This document shows, in pieces, positions 13,299 through 26,217 of a stretch of 64,000 nt of DNA. Source of the DNA: the human T2T-CHM13v2.0 reference genome, Homo sapiens; assembly GCF_009914755.1 (NCBI RefSeq), contig NC_060948.1. One strand, written 5' to 3'. The notes beneath the pieces were generated by a model. It was not told the origin of the DNA, made no database searches, and was given only the letters and a program-made list of their open reading frames with translations. How positions within the stretch are numbered: position 1 is the stretch's first letter; every line of letters starts with the position of its first letter. The translations under genes and the position numbers were made by a program.

Positions 13299-14584
13299 AA
13301 GAAATCTTGCACTTATTAGAAGCAGTATAGAAATCCGAAAGGTGGCAGTCGTGCATTGCAGAGGACAATAGTGAGCTTCTACCATGGTTGCTTTAGAGAA
13401 CTCCAGAGCTGACTCAGAGGCTCAAAAAGCAGCCTGCACACCCTATCAGGCAGAAGGAAGGCAAAGAGCAAGAAGGATGGATCTGGTTACCAGATAAAAG
13501 AATAGTCATGCCACAGCTGCTAGGAGCCACAGTTGTACTGGCTTTGCATGAAACTACCCATCTAGCTTAGGAATCACTTGAAAAGCTGTTAGGCCAGTAC
13601 TTTTACATATCATATTTGTCAGCCCTTGCCAAAACTGTGGCCGAGCAAGGTATTACCTGCTAACAGCACAATGTAAGGCAGGGTCCAGGCTTTCCACCCA
13701 GTACACAAGTTTATGGAGCAACCCCTTTTGAAAATCTCCAGGTGGACTTCACAGAAATCCCAGTGTGGAGTTAACATGTATCTACTTGTTTTGTGTGTAC
13801 CTACACTGGGTGGGTGGAGGTTTTCCAATCTGAACTGAAAAAGCTAGTGAAGTAAACCATGTGCTTCTTCGAAGTCTTATTCCTAGATTTGCACTGCCCT
13901 TATGAATCAGCTCAGATGATGGGCTGGCATTTGTTGCTGACTTTGTGCAGAAGACAGCAAAGATATTGGGGATCATATGAAAACTGCATGTAGCCTACTG
14001 ACCTCAGAGGTCTGGAAAGGTAGAGTGAATGAATTGAACCATCAAAAATAGATTAGGGAAAGTGTGCCAGAAACAGGATTAAAATGGTTACAGGCTCTCC
14101 CTTTGGTATTGCTTAAGATAAGATGTGCCACTTCTAAAAGAGCAGGGTGTTTCCCTTATGAAATATTATATTGTAGAATCCCTCCCATATTATGAGGACT
14201 CCCAGGCAATCCTTCAGAATGAGGTGAAGTTGAGTTAGAGCAACAGCTACAGGCTCTAGGAAAAATTGCACAATTTCAGCTTGAGTTAACGAGAGGTGCT
14301 CTATTAGCTTATTCTCCCCAGTTCACCTCTTCTCCCCAGGTGATCAAGTGTGCTTCAAGGATTGGAATGTAGTCCCCCTAAGGCCACTGTTGAAAGGGCC
14401 CAAGACCATAAATTTGACCACTCCCACTGCCTTGAAGGTAGAAGTAATCCCGGCCTGGATCCATCACCATCGTGTAAAACCTGTAGTGCCTGAGACCTGG
14501 GAGGTGAGACCAAGCTGGGACAACCCCTGGAAAGTGACACTGAGAAAGATGACAAGCCCTTCTCCAGTCACACCCAGTAGCTGA
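13299..14584 (+). pseudogene. pol: HERV-E pol remnant, 3' part (end of RNase H, integrase)
   Basis: Resumes after the L1 TSD. Integrase motifs LQVDFTEIP (~13736-13762) and SSDDGLAFVA (~13908-13937). C-terminal LTTPTALKVEVIPAWIHHHRVKP, stop at 14582-14584. Confidence 0.85.
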
Positions 14585-14606
14585 CTGGTCTACACACAGT
14601 CAACGC

Positions 14607-16655
14607 ATGATGAAACACATTGTGGGACTTATTCTCCTTAAAATTTGGACTTGTATAATAAAGACTGATTTTTCCCAAATGAAGAAATAGTCCCACTATA
14701 ATAATTAGGTTACTGAGGTAGGGCAACACGTTAAAACAATCTTTCTGTTTTATAGTTATTATGAATGCCTATAAACTTCAAAAGGAAACTGTCTGTTTAA
14801 CTTCACGCTGTATAAAGTATGCAGCCTAGGAAATTACCAATCTAATGTGTGCTATAACCCATCTGAGCCTCCTATGATCACAGTCTTTCAAATAAGATTA
14901 AAAACTAGTCCTTTTCTAAGTGATACAAGTAAAATAATAGCTAAAACAGAAGAAAAACGAACCCCCAAGCACATAACCTTAAATTTTGATGCTTGTGCCA
15001 CCATAAAGAGTAATCAGCAAGGATTAGGATGTGGCTCTCTAGATTGGGAAAAAAGTTATACAGCAGAGAATACGTATATTCGTCATGATTTGGGCCTATG
15101 TGATAAAGTATGTAATTACTGGTCTTGTGTCATTTGGGCTACCTGGAAAAAGAATGAAAAAGTTCTGATATGGCTTCAGAAAGGAAAGGGGAATTTCTCT
15201 TGCAGAAGTGGCCACTGTAACCCCTTAGAACTAATAATCACCAATTCCCTGGACCCACTTTGAAAAAAGGGAGAACATGTAACTCTAGTGACCAACAGAG
15301 CTGAACTGGGTCCTTGAGTAAATGCTTTAGTCCTAAAACAGATCAAACGGTGGTCTCCCAAACCAGTGTGTTAGACCTTCTATGATGAATTGAATGTGCC
15401 TGTACCAGATCTCCCAGAGAAGACAAAGAAGTTGTTCCTGCAGTTAGCAGAAAATGTAACCCGTTCCCTCAATGTTACTTCCTGTTATGTATGTGAGGGA
15501 ACCACTGGGGAAGACGACTGGCCTTGGGAAACCCAAAAATTAGTGCCCACTCATCCACTTACCAATAAGATTCCAGCCCAGAAGGCCCACACTGGCAACT
15601 TCTGTGTTTTAAGAGACACAGTTATTGAGTGGCACTCTATAGCTAGAGAAGGACAGAACTTCACCCTCCCTGTGGGAAGGCTCAACTGTCTTGGACAAAA
15701 CCTGTATAACATCACAGCAAAAACAGCCATGTGGGGGGTTCAAACCACAGTGAGAAAAATCCAGTTAGTAAATTTCCAAAGTTGCAAACTGTGTGGACCC
15801 ACCCAAAGTCTCACTGGGACTGGACAGCCCCCACCGGACTATACTGGATATGTGGGCACAGAGCATAAGCCAAGTTACCTGACCAATGGGCAGGTAGTTG
15901 TGTTATGGACACCATTAAACCATCCCTTTTCCTACTGCCCATGAAAAGAAGTGAACTCCTGGGCTTCCTGGCCTATGCTTCCCAAGAAAAGAGAAGCATA
16001 GCTATAGGTGATTGGAAAGATGATGAGTGGTCCCCTGAAATAATTATGCAGTATTATGGGCCTGCCACTTGAGTCATCTTGTGATGGCTCATGGGCATAC
16101 CAAACCCCCATTTACATGCTCAACCAGATCACACAGTTACAAGCTGTCTTAGAAATAATCACTAATATAATCGGCAGAGCTTTGACTGTTTTAGGCCTGC
16201 AGGAAATCCAGGTGAGAAACGTTACGTATCAAAGTATATTAGCTCTAAACTACTTGATAACAGCTGAAGGAGGGGTCTGCAGAAAACTTAACCTAACCAG
16301 TTGCTATCTGCATATAGATCATCAAAGGCAAGCAGTCAAAAATATAGTCAGAGATATGACAAAACTGGCACACGTGCCTGTGCAGGTTTGGCAGGGGTTT
16401 GATCCTGGATCAGTATTTGGAAAATGGTTTCCATTTATAGGAAGATTTAAAATTCTTATATTAGGAATAATAATAGTGATAGGAACCTGCTACTTTCTCC
16501 CCTGCTTGCTACCCATGCTCCTTCTGATAATGGGAAGCTTTGTTACTGCCTTTGTCCACCAAAATGATTCAGCACAAGCATGTTACATAAATAACTATTG
16601 ATCTGTCTTGCAGGAAGGCCTAGTTAGTGGGGATAAGGCTGAGAAATCTCTGTAA
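14607..16655 (+). pseudogene. env: HERV-E env remnant (SU-TM), fragmented
   Basis: ORF pieces 14847-15263, 15390-15944 and 16056-16601. Cleavage site QEKR|SIAIGDWKDDEW (~15983). Decayed immunosuppressive domain YQSILALNYLITAEGGVC, decayed CX6CC (CRKLNLTSCY) and hydrophobic anchor ILILGIIIVIGTC. Confidence 0.88.
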
Positions 16656-16669
16656 TAAGTGAGACTCTC

Positions 16670-16680
16670 AAAGGGGGGGA
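16670..16680 (+). promoter_or_regulatory. Polypurine tract
   Basis: aaaggggggga immediately precedes the 3' LTR. Confidence 0.85.
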
Positions 16681-17163
16681 TAAGGAAGGAGACCACCTCT
16701 CTTATTGTCTCATACCTCAGAAAATGAAAGAGGAAACAAAAGCTAAAGAAAAGCAGAAATGAGATCAATAGTCAGACAGCCCACACCACACCCCAAGCCT
16801 GTTAGTTAAAAATCAATCCCTCACATAACTGCTTGTATTATTATAGATTCCAGACAATGTATGAGCAAGCATTGTGAAACTTTCTGTTCTGTTCTGTTCT
16901 GTTCTGTTCTGTTCTGTTCTGTTCTGTTCTCTCTTGATTACCAACGTATGCAGCCCCAACCATGTACCACATGTTTGCTCAATCAATTACGACCCTTTCA
17001 CATGGACCCCCTTAGAGTTGTAAGCCTTTAAAATGGGCAGGAATCTCCCTCTCAAGGAGCTTGATTTTTGAAATGCAAATATGCCAAAACTGCCTGCCTA
17101 ATAAAGCCAATTCCTTCTTTAACCCATGTCTGAAGGGTTCTGTCTGTGGCTCAAACTGCTAAA
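16681..17163 (+). mobile_element. 3' LTR (LTR2 family)
   Basis: Starts taaggaaggagaccacc and ends ctgctaaa (terminal CA mutated). tttaaaa at 17027-17033 and AATAAA at 17100-17105. Confidence 0.9.
16882..16930 (+). repeat. (TTCTG)~10 pentanucleotide microsatellite inside the 3' LTR
   Basis: Directly visible; the 5' LTR has only ~3 imperfect units at 7744-7765. Confidence 0.95.
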
Positions 17164-20100
17164 ATGGGAGTTTTCCAAAGTGCAAGTAACATTTCAAGTG
17201 CAAATTTGGGCCATCCTGGCAAACCCCTGATTTGAGGGCTTTTATACCCGAAGCCAAATGGGAATGAGATCAATTGATGCAAGGTAGAATGTGGCCTCCA
17301 CAGTTCCCTCTTCATATCCTGACTTACATGTTCCTCATCAGCCTAGGGTTTCTTCTGTCCAGCTTAAAGTCTCCCAAACTAAATATTTCTCAGTTCATGG
17401 AATGGTAATCTAGGCTATGTTTCATTGCATCTACACATTCTTTTTCATCATGAAGAGGGTCTTTCGTTGTGCTGTTGCTGGATGGGGCTGCCTCTCAACA
17501 CAGATTTATTGGCTGCCATAGATTTCAGGGAGCACAAGGGATTTTGGGTAAGCTGGTCTCCCCCCAGGTTGTGGGTCTTGGTCTCCTTATGGGGGCTTAG
17601 GTTGTTTGCATTTTGCAGGAGGCTTTTGGGTTCTCTGATGGAAATATTTGAATGTTGCTTGGACTCCTGCACAAGTCTTCTCTTTCTCTCACTCCAGCCT
17701 TGATGTTCCTTTGCTTTCAGGGTAGGTCCACACTGCCCCTCACGCACACTACAGAACACCATTTCCAGTGTTTCAATCATCACAGACGGCCTCTGAGACA
17801 CTGTATAAATATTCTCTGCATCTGTAAGAGACCAGTTCAAAGTGAGAACACGTCTTCACCTTGGACTTGCATTTCTGGTGGTTCCTGCATATCCTAGAGA
17901 GCCCCTGTGAGGTCCAGGATGAAGGGAAACAGTGAGTATAACATCCTGGACATCTTTCATTGACATCCACCTCTGGGGTCTCAGGTATGATTCTATCACC
18001 CAAAGACCACTGCACAACTCAGGAGACAATGTTCTAATCCACATGGGACTCAATTCTGGCACACAGCCACTTTCAGGAATGGAATCAGAAGAGCAGTTTC
18101 CAGGGATCACCTCACTGTCTTGAAATGTCTCTTCCTCCAGAGGGACCCGACCACAAAGACAGCCCGAGGGGCCCTAAGGTGGAGACTTTTAGGGTCCCTC
18201 AGTGGGTTAGTGCAGGCAGCTTTTCTCCCAATAACAAGCCGGCTTTGTCTGTACCATTTTCCTCTGCTTAGGCAGTCTGACAGCTCTGACAGCTGGGCAC
18301 CCAAGCCTGCACACAAATGAGCATGCTCTAGTCTCAGGGCACCAGGTCTGAAAGTAAACTCTGGCTAACATTACAACCAATGTCACTGTAGCCTAGGGAC
18401 AAGTACCTGAGGCTTGGCAATAAAGAAGACTGCCATGGAGTTTCATCAGCCATGGACTTCCACCTGTCTTCTCTATGGTATCAAGGGGATTGTCCCATGA
18501 CCCTAAGAGAGGGCAGATGTGTGTCAGCCTGAAGAAACATCAAGCAAAGCCCCAGGAATAAACTGCAAAATCCCTAAGAATCCTAAAATATCAGCAGGAT
18601 TTGTGAGGCTTGCCTAGACATTGCAGGGGTGAGTCTTTTTGAAACTTGCTCCACTTTGATTTATATGTATAGCCTGCCTCTCTTCCCCGGGGCTGCTCTC
18701 TCCCAGATGAAGATTCCTGCAGAATCACGCAGCCACAGGAGCTGCTGGGCTGTGTGTTTCTGTGGGAGTGTTGCAAGTGTTGGATAGCTGAGTGTGTGTA
18801 GTGCATTTTGTATTTGTGTGTGTGTGTGTGTGTTTGTGTCTGTAAGTGGAGTCTGCTTAAAGAAATGTGACTAACACACCTCAGGGCTTCTTTTTTTTGA
18901 GTTTCTCAACCTTATGGTGGCCTGTCTTTGTGGCTCTGCTTGGGCTGAAGGGCTCCATGTTCTTTAATTTCTGTGGATCATGAATTTGCAGTGAAGTGGG
19001 AGGCAGACTGAGATCCACCTTCATCCAAATCACCTCCCCCTGCAAAAAAAGCCACAATTATAGAAAGAAGGGGAGTACATTAAAGCAAAAAATGACATCT
19101 TCTAGTGTTTTATTGCCCTGCGACGAACCCAGGGAGAGACATTAGCAGTCCCGTCCGCAGGACCCCTTGAGTTTATCTCGAATTCAATTCGCAGCAGAGC
19201 AGTTGCTTCATGTCATAAGGGGTCACTGCTCCATCTTCTTGGGATTTCATCCTGGGACATAGAGTGTGAGCAGCAATAAGGTCAGATATGGGTGAGGATA
19301 CAATTTGGTGAGGGGTGGATGGGGTCCCACAACTTCACCTGGGGAAAAAAAAATGAAGACAGATGAATCAGAAGGTGCTTGCAAACCCATCCCCACATTA
19401 TCTTAATTGCACAAGAAATCCACACCATGGTCTATTGTTCAGGTGGGAGTACTCCAACATGCAAGGAATATTTGGATTGGAAATTGGGGCTATCCTATCA
19501 AACTCCCTATTTGAGGGCTTTCATACCCAGAGCCAAACGGAAGTGGAATGTATTGATGGTGGGTGGGATGTGACCTCGTCTTTTCCCGAATTCCATGTCT
19601 CTCATCAGCCTAAGGTTTCTGGGGTCTGGCTAAACGATTTCCACACTAAACATTTCCCAGTCCCAGGAGAATGACCCTCATGGAAATCCATTGCCTCAGT
19701 GTTTTCTTCTAAACATTGTCATGTTTTAATGACTGGGCAGCTTTGCTACGTCTAAAATTGTAAATTCCCATTAGAGTTGCCAACAAGGAAACTCTTGTTC
19801 TCCCACTTCTGTTGGAGGGCTGCATGATTCCTCTCAGATCAGAAACAGGGAGCCATGTCTGGCTTTTTTTTCTGGTAATCTAGCCTCTGTTTCATTTCAT
19901 CTGCATGGCCTTCTCATTGTGGAGGGGCTCTTTCCTCAGGATGTTGCTGGATGGGACTGCATCTTGCCACAGATTATTTAGCTGCTAGGGATTTCAATGA
20001 GCAAAAGGAATTTCAGGTATGCTGGCTGCATTCCAGGTTGTGGTGCATTGTCTTGTTTTGGGGGCTGAGGTTGTTTTCACTTTGCCTTAGGATTTGGGTC

Positions 20101-23100
20101 CTCTGACATGAATCATTAAACATTGCTGGGACTCCAGCACAAGGCAGCTCATTCTCTCACATGAGCCTTGATTTTTCTTTGCTTTCATGGAGAATCCACA
20201 GTGCCCCACAAAAGCACTACTGGACAATCTTTTCAGGCTTGATATCACCACAGACGTCCTCTGAGAAACTGTCTCAACCTCATCTTACCAGTGAGAGGCA
20301 AGTCTGAGATGCAAGAACACTGCTCCACCTTGAACTTACTTTTGTCTTGGTTCCTGCCTTTCCCACAGAGCCACTGAAAAGCCTATGATGAAGGGAGGCA
20401 GTGAGGTCAAGAACCCAGCCATCTTTCACTGACACCTCCCTCTGGGGTCTCAGGTATGATTATACTACCAAAAGAACACTCAACAACACACCAGACTATA
20501 TCCCACTACCTGTGGGACCCAATTCTTGCACACACACATTTTCTTTTGAGAATGGAGTCAGAGAAGCAGTTTCCAGCGACAACCTCACAGTCTCAAAATG
20601 CTTCCTCCTCCACAGAACCTGACCACTGAGATGGCCCAAAGGAGCTCTGAGGTCGAGACTTTCATGGTCCTGCCATGGATTTTCACAGGCAGCCTTTTTC
20701 CAGATAACAGGCCAGCTCTGCCTGTGTCATTTTCCTCTGCTTAGGCAGGCTGAAGGCTCTGACAGTCAGGTGCCTGAGCCTGCCCTGTGAATGCGCACAC
20801 ACTAGTCTCAGCACCAGGCCTGATTGTGAGCTCTGGTATCATAATAAATATCACTGTTGCCCAGTGCCAAGTCTTGTGGCTTGATGGAGAAGGAGTCCTC
20901 TGTGAAGTTTCAGTGGTAATGGACTCTCGCTTATCTTCTCAGTGGGATCCAGGGTATAGTCCCAAGATCCTAGGAGAGGTCAGATATTAGCCAGCCTTAA
21001 GAAACATCAAGCACAGACCCAGAAATAAGCCACAAAATCCTTAAGGACCCAAAAGGATCTGCAGGATTTGGTAAGTCTGTGTAGACCTTGTAGGGGTGAG
21101 TCTTTTAGAAACTTGCCCCACTATGATTTCTAGGTACAGCCCACCTGTGTCCCCTGGGGTTGCTCTCTGCCGGGGGGGGGCTTCCTGCAGAACCACACAT
21201 GCTTAGGATCTGCCTAGCTATGGGTTTCCATGGGAGAGTTGCCAGTGTTGGATGTCTGTGTGTGTGTGTGGCTTTCTGTGTTTATTTGCATGTGTGTGTA
21301 TACGTGTGTGTGCTTGTAAGTGGAGTCTGCTTAAAACAATGTAGCTAATGCCCTTCAGCACTTTTTTTTTTTTTTTGAGTCATCCAACATTTTGGTGGCC
21401 TGTCTGTGTGGCTCTTCTTGGGCTGCAGGGCATTGTGTTATTTAGTTTTCTGTGGATTGTGAATCCACATAAATTGGGAGGCTGGATGAGACCCACTGGC
21501 ATCGAAATCAAACCCCCCTGCAAAAAAGGTCACTCTTCTAGGCAGAGGAGGAGCACACCACACCAAAAACAGATATCTCCCAGTGTTTTATTGTCCTGCA
21601 ACCAACCCAGGGAGAGACACTAGAAGTGCTGTTTTCAGGGCCCCTTGAATTTACCTCAAATTTGGTTCACAGCTGAGCAGGAGCTTCATGGCGTGAGGGG
21701 GCACTCTTCCATCATCTTTGGACTTTATCCTAGGATGTAGAGTTTGAACAACAATAAGGTCAGATAATTGTGAGGCTACAATCTGTTGAGGAGTGAATGG
21801 GGTCTCATAACTTCACCTGCCAAAAAAAAAAATGGAGACATATGAAACAGAAGGTTCTTTAAACTCCATTCCTTCATTCCCTTAATGGCACAAGCAGTCC
21901 ACACCAAGGCTACATGTTCAGGTGGGAGTACTACAAGGGGCAAGAAAAATTTGGAGTGTAAATTGGGGTTATCCTTGAACCTCCCAGTTTAAGGGCTTTC
22001 ATACCTGGAGCGAAATGGGTGTGGAATGGGTTGATGCTTGGTGGTATGTGGCCTCCACAATTGCCTCTTTTTTCCTATTTCCATTTACCTCATCAACCTA
22101 GGGTTCCCTATGTCTGGCTCAATGATTTCCACACTGAAAGTTTCCCAGTTCACATAGAATGATCCTCAAGAAAATCCATTGTGTGAGCATTTGATTCTAA
22201 ACACTGTTACATTTTAATAACTAGGCAGCTTTGATACTTTTAAAACCATAAATTCTGGTTACAGCCACACACAAGGAACCTCCTGTTCTCACACTTCTAT
22301 CAGCAGGCTGCATGATTCCTGTAGGATGAGAAGCAGGCAGCTGTGTCTGGCTTTTGCCTGGTAATATAGCCTCTGTTTCATTTCATCTCCGTGGCCTTTT
22401 CTTTGCAGAGGGGTTCTTTAATTGGGCTGTTTCTGGATGAGACTGCCTCTCACCACAGATTATTTAGCAGCCAGGGATTTCAGAGAGCAAAAGGGACTTC
22501 AGGTAGGCTGGATGTGCTCCAGGTTATGGTTTGTTGTCTTTCTGTGGGGGCTGAGGTTGTTTTCACTTTGCGGAGGCTTTTGGGTTATCTGTCAGGAATC
22601 ATTGCGCATTGCTTGGAAACCAGCACAAGCAGCTTGTTCTCTCATGTGAGCCTTCATTTTTCTTTGTTTTCATGAGGAATTCACATTGTCCCTCAACAGC
22701 ACCACTGAAAAGCTTTTTCAGTCTTGCCGTCATCACAGATGGCCTATGAGATGACACTTCACCTTCGACTTGCCTTTGCTATCGTTGCTCCCTTTCCCAG
22801 AAAGCCCCTGCAAGGCCCTGGATGAAGGGAGTCAGTGAGGTCAAGAGCCTGGCTATCTTTCACTGACCCCCACCTCTGGGTTTTCAGGTTTGATTCTATC
22901 AAATGCAGAAACCTTAAAAACACACCAAACTATATTCCAATCCCCATGGGACCTGATACTTGCACATAGCCTCTTTTGGAAATGGAGTCAGAAGAGCAGA
23001 TTCCAGTGACCACTACATGTCTCAAAACCCATTCTTTACCAGAGGGATCTGAACACACCAGGTTATATTCCAGTTTTCATGGGACCCAATTGTTACACAT

Positions 23101-23756
23101 AGCTACTTTTGGAAATGGAGCCAGAAGAACAGTTTCCACCCACCAACTCACAGTCTCAAAATGCCCCCTCCTCCAGCTTGACCCAACCATGGAGACAGCC
23201 AGAGGGGTCCTTAGGTTGAGAGACCCTCAGGTTGAGGCACCAGGCCTGATCATGAGCTCTGGCTAGCATCACAGTGAATGTCACCGTTGCCTAGGGACCA
23301 ATACTGGCAGCTTGGCAGAGAAGGAGAACTCTCACATGTCTTCTCTGTGGGATACACAGGATAGTCCCTGGATCCTAAGAGAGGGCAGATGTGAGTCATC
23401 CTGAAGAAATGTGAAGGAGAGCCCCAGGAATAAACTGCAAAATTGCTAAGGATCCAAAAGGATCTGCAGGATTCCTCAGGCCTGACTAGAATTTGTAGGG
23501 ATGAGGCTTTTTGAAACTTGCCCACTGTGATTTCTAGATACAGACTTCCTGTGTTCCCTGGGCTTGATCTCTCCTAGGTGTGGCATCCTGCAGAACCACG
23601 CAGCCTCAGGAGTTTCCAGGCTATGTGTTTCTGTGATAGTGTTGGGAGCGTTGAATGCATGCGTGTGTGTGTTTCATTGTGGTCTTTTTTTGTGTGTGTG
23701 AGTGTGTGCCTGTAATTTGAGTCAGCATAAAAGAATGTTGCTAACACACCTAACTG

Positions 23757-23800
23757 TTTTATTTATTTATTTATTTATTTTTATTTTTATTTATTTTTTT
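23757..23800 (+). repeat. Imperfect (TTTA)n tract
   Basis: Directly visible, in the unit's poly-T slot. Confidence 0.85.
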
Positions 23801-26176
23801 ACTTTCCCAACCTTTTGTTGGCCTATCTGTGTGGCTCTGCTTGGGTTGTGGCATTCTTTTTTCTTTATTTTATTGTGGATCATGAATCAGCAGGGAATTG
23901 TGAGGTGTGCCGAGACCTGTCAGCATCCAGTTCACCTCCTCCTGCAAAAAAAAATAAAGTCACTCTTCTGAAAAGAAGCACACCACACCAAAAAACAGAT
24001 ATCTCTTAATTTTTCATTGTCCTGTCACCAACCCAAGGAGAGACACTAGAAGTTCTTTCCACAGGACCCTTAAATTGACCTCAAATTTGGTTCCTAGCCT
24101 GGCAGATGCTTAATATCATGAGGTAGCACTGCACCATCATCTTGGGATTTCATCTTGGGACATAGAGTGTGATTAGCAGTAAGGTCAAATAGGGGTGAGT
24201 ATAAAATCTGGTAAGGGGTGGATGGAATCCCACAACTTCTCCTGCAAAACAAATTAAGACAGATGAGACAGAATGTGCTTCCAACTCCATCCCTGCATTC
24301 CCTTAATTGCACAAGCAGTCCACACCCTGTTCTCGTGTTCCAGTGGGAGTACTCCAATGTGCAAGAAACATTTGGGTGCAAATTGGGGTTATCCAAGCAA
24401 ATTTTCAATTTGAAACTTTCATACCCAGAGCCAAATGGGTGTGCAATGGATTGATGCCTGGTGGGATTTGGCCTCCATATTTGCCTCTTCTTTTTCTGAC
24501 TACTATGTTATTCATTGACCTAGGCTTTCCTGGATCTGGCTTAACAATGTCCACACCAAATGTTTCCCTGGTCATGAAGAACAGCCCTCATGAGAATCCA
24601 TTGCATGAGTGTTTTTTTCTGAACATTTTAATGGGTAGCTTTGATACTTTTAAATACTTTTTTTGATACTTTTAAAACTGTAAATTCCCATTACAGCCAC
24701 CAGAAATGAAACTCTTGTTCTCCTACTTCTATCGGAGGGGGCTTCATGATTCTTGTAGGATGAGAAGTATGCCGCTGTGTCTAGCTGTTGCCTGGTAATC
24801 TAGCCTACGTTTCATCTCATCTGCACAGCCTTCTCATTATGGAGGGGTTCTTTCATTGGGCTTTTGCTATATGGGACTCCCTCTCACCACAGATTATTTA
24901 GCTTCCAGGGATTTCAGAGAGCAAAAGAGACTTTGGGTAGCCTAGCCACGCTCCAGGTTTTGAGTTGTTGTCTTGTTGTGGGGGTTGAGGTTATTTCCAC
25001 ATTTCAGTAGGCTTTTGGTCTTCTGACCAGAATCTTTGAAAATTACTTGGACTCCAGCACAAGGCTGCTCATTCTATCATTTGAGTCTTGGTTTTTCTTT
25101 TCTTTGGTATGGAAGCCACAGTGCCCCTCAACAGCACTAGTGGGCCTGTTTGTCAGATATGTCATTGCCACAGACAATCTGTGAGACACTGCATCACCCC
25201 CATCTGCATGCTTGAGAGACCAGTCCAAGGCGTGAGAACACTGATCCACATTGGTGTGCCTTTGTCATGGTTCCTGCCATTTCCAGAGAGCACCCATGAG
25301 GCAAACGATAAGGGGAGACAGCTCAGCTATCTTTCACTGACATCCACCTCTGGGGTCTCAGGTATGATTCTGTCACCCAAAGAAACCACAACAACACACC
25401 GGACTATATTCCAATCCCCATGGGACCTAATTCTTGCGCACAGTCTCTTTCAGAAGTACAGCCAGAAGAGCAGTTTACAGTGACCACCTCACAGTCTCAA
25501 AACATCTCCTCATCCAGTGGGACATGGCCAGGGAGACTTCCTGAAGCGGCTGTAAGGTTGAGACTTTTAGAGCTTTGCAGTGGGTTTTCACAGGCAGCCT
25601 TTTTCCTGATAACATGCCGGCTCTGCCTGTACCATTTTCCTCTGCTTGGGCAGGCTGACAGCTCTGACTGCCAGGTGAACGATCCTGCATCACAAATGTG
25701 CATGTGCTAGTCTCCTGGCACGAGGCCTGACTGAACTCTGGTTAGTGTCACAATTAATGTCATCATTGCCTAGCGACAAGTCCCTGCGGCTTGAAGGAGA
25801 AGGAGACTTTGGAGGTGTGTGGGCGGTGGACTCTCGCTTGGCTTCTCTGTGGGATTCATGGGATAGTCTTATAATTCTAGGAGAACACAGATATGAGCCA
25901 GCCTGAAGAACATCAAGCAGAGCCCCAAGAATAAAACTCAAGTCCCTAAGGATCCACAAGGATCTGCAGGAGTCTTCGGGCCTGCCTAGATTGTAGCAAT
26001 TGGTCTTTTTAAATCTTGCCCCACTGTGATTTCTAGGTACAGCCCGGCTGTTTTCCTTGGGGTTGCTTTCTCCCAGGTGGACCTTTCTGCAGAACTACAG
26101 AGCCTCAGGATTTACCAGGCTGTGTGTTTCTGTCGGAGTGTTTCGAGTGTTGGATTTCTGTGTGTGTGTGTGGCAT

Positions 26177-26180
<4 letters not shown>

Positions 26181-26216
<36 letters not shown>

Positions 26217-26217
26217 C
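26181..26217 (+). repeat. (TG)15(CG)3 alternating purine-pyrimidine tract
   Basis: Directly visible; the longest perfect TG run I noticed in the window. Confidence 0.92.

Noticed and set aside
14607-16655. Domesticated, syncytin-like env
   Set aside because: Split by stops and frameshifts; the cleavage site, immunosuppressive domain and CX6CC motif are all mutated.
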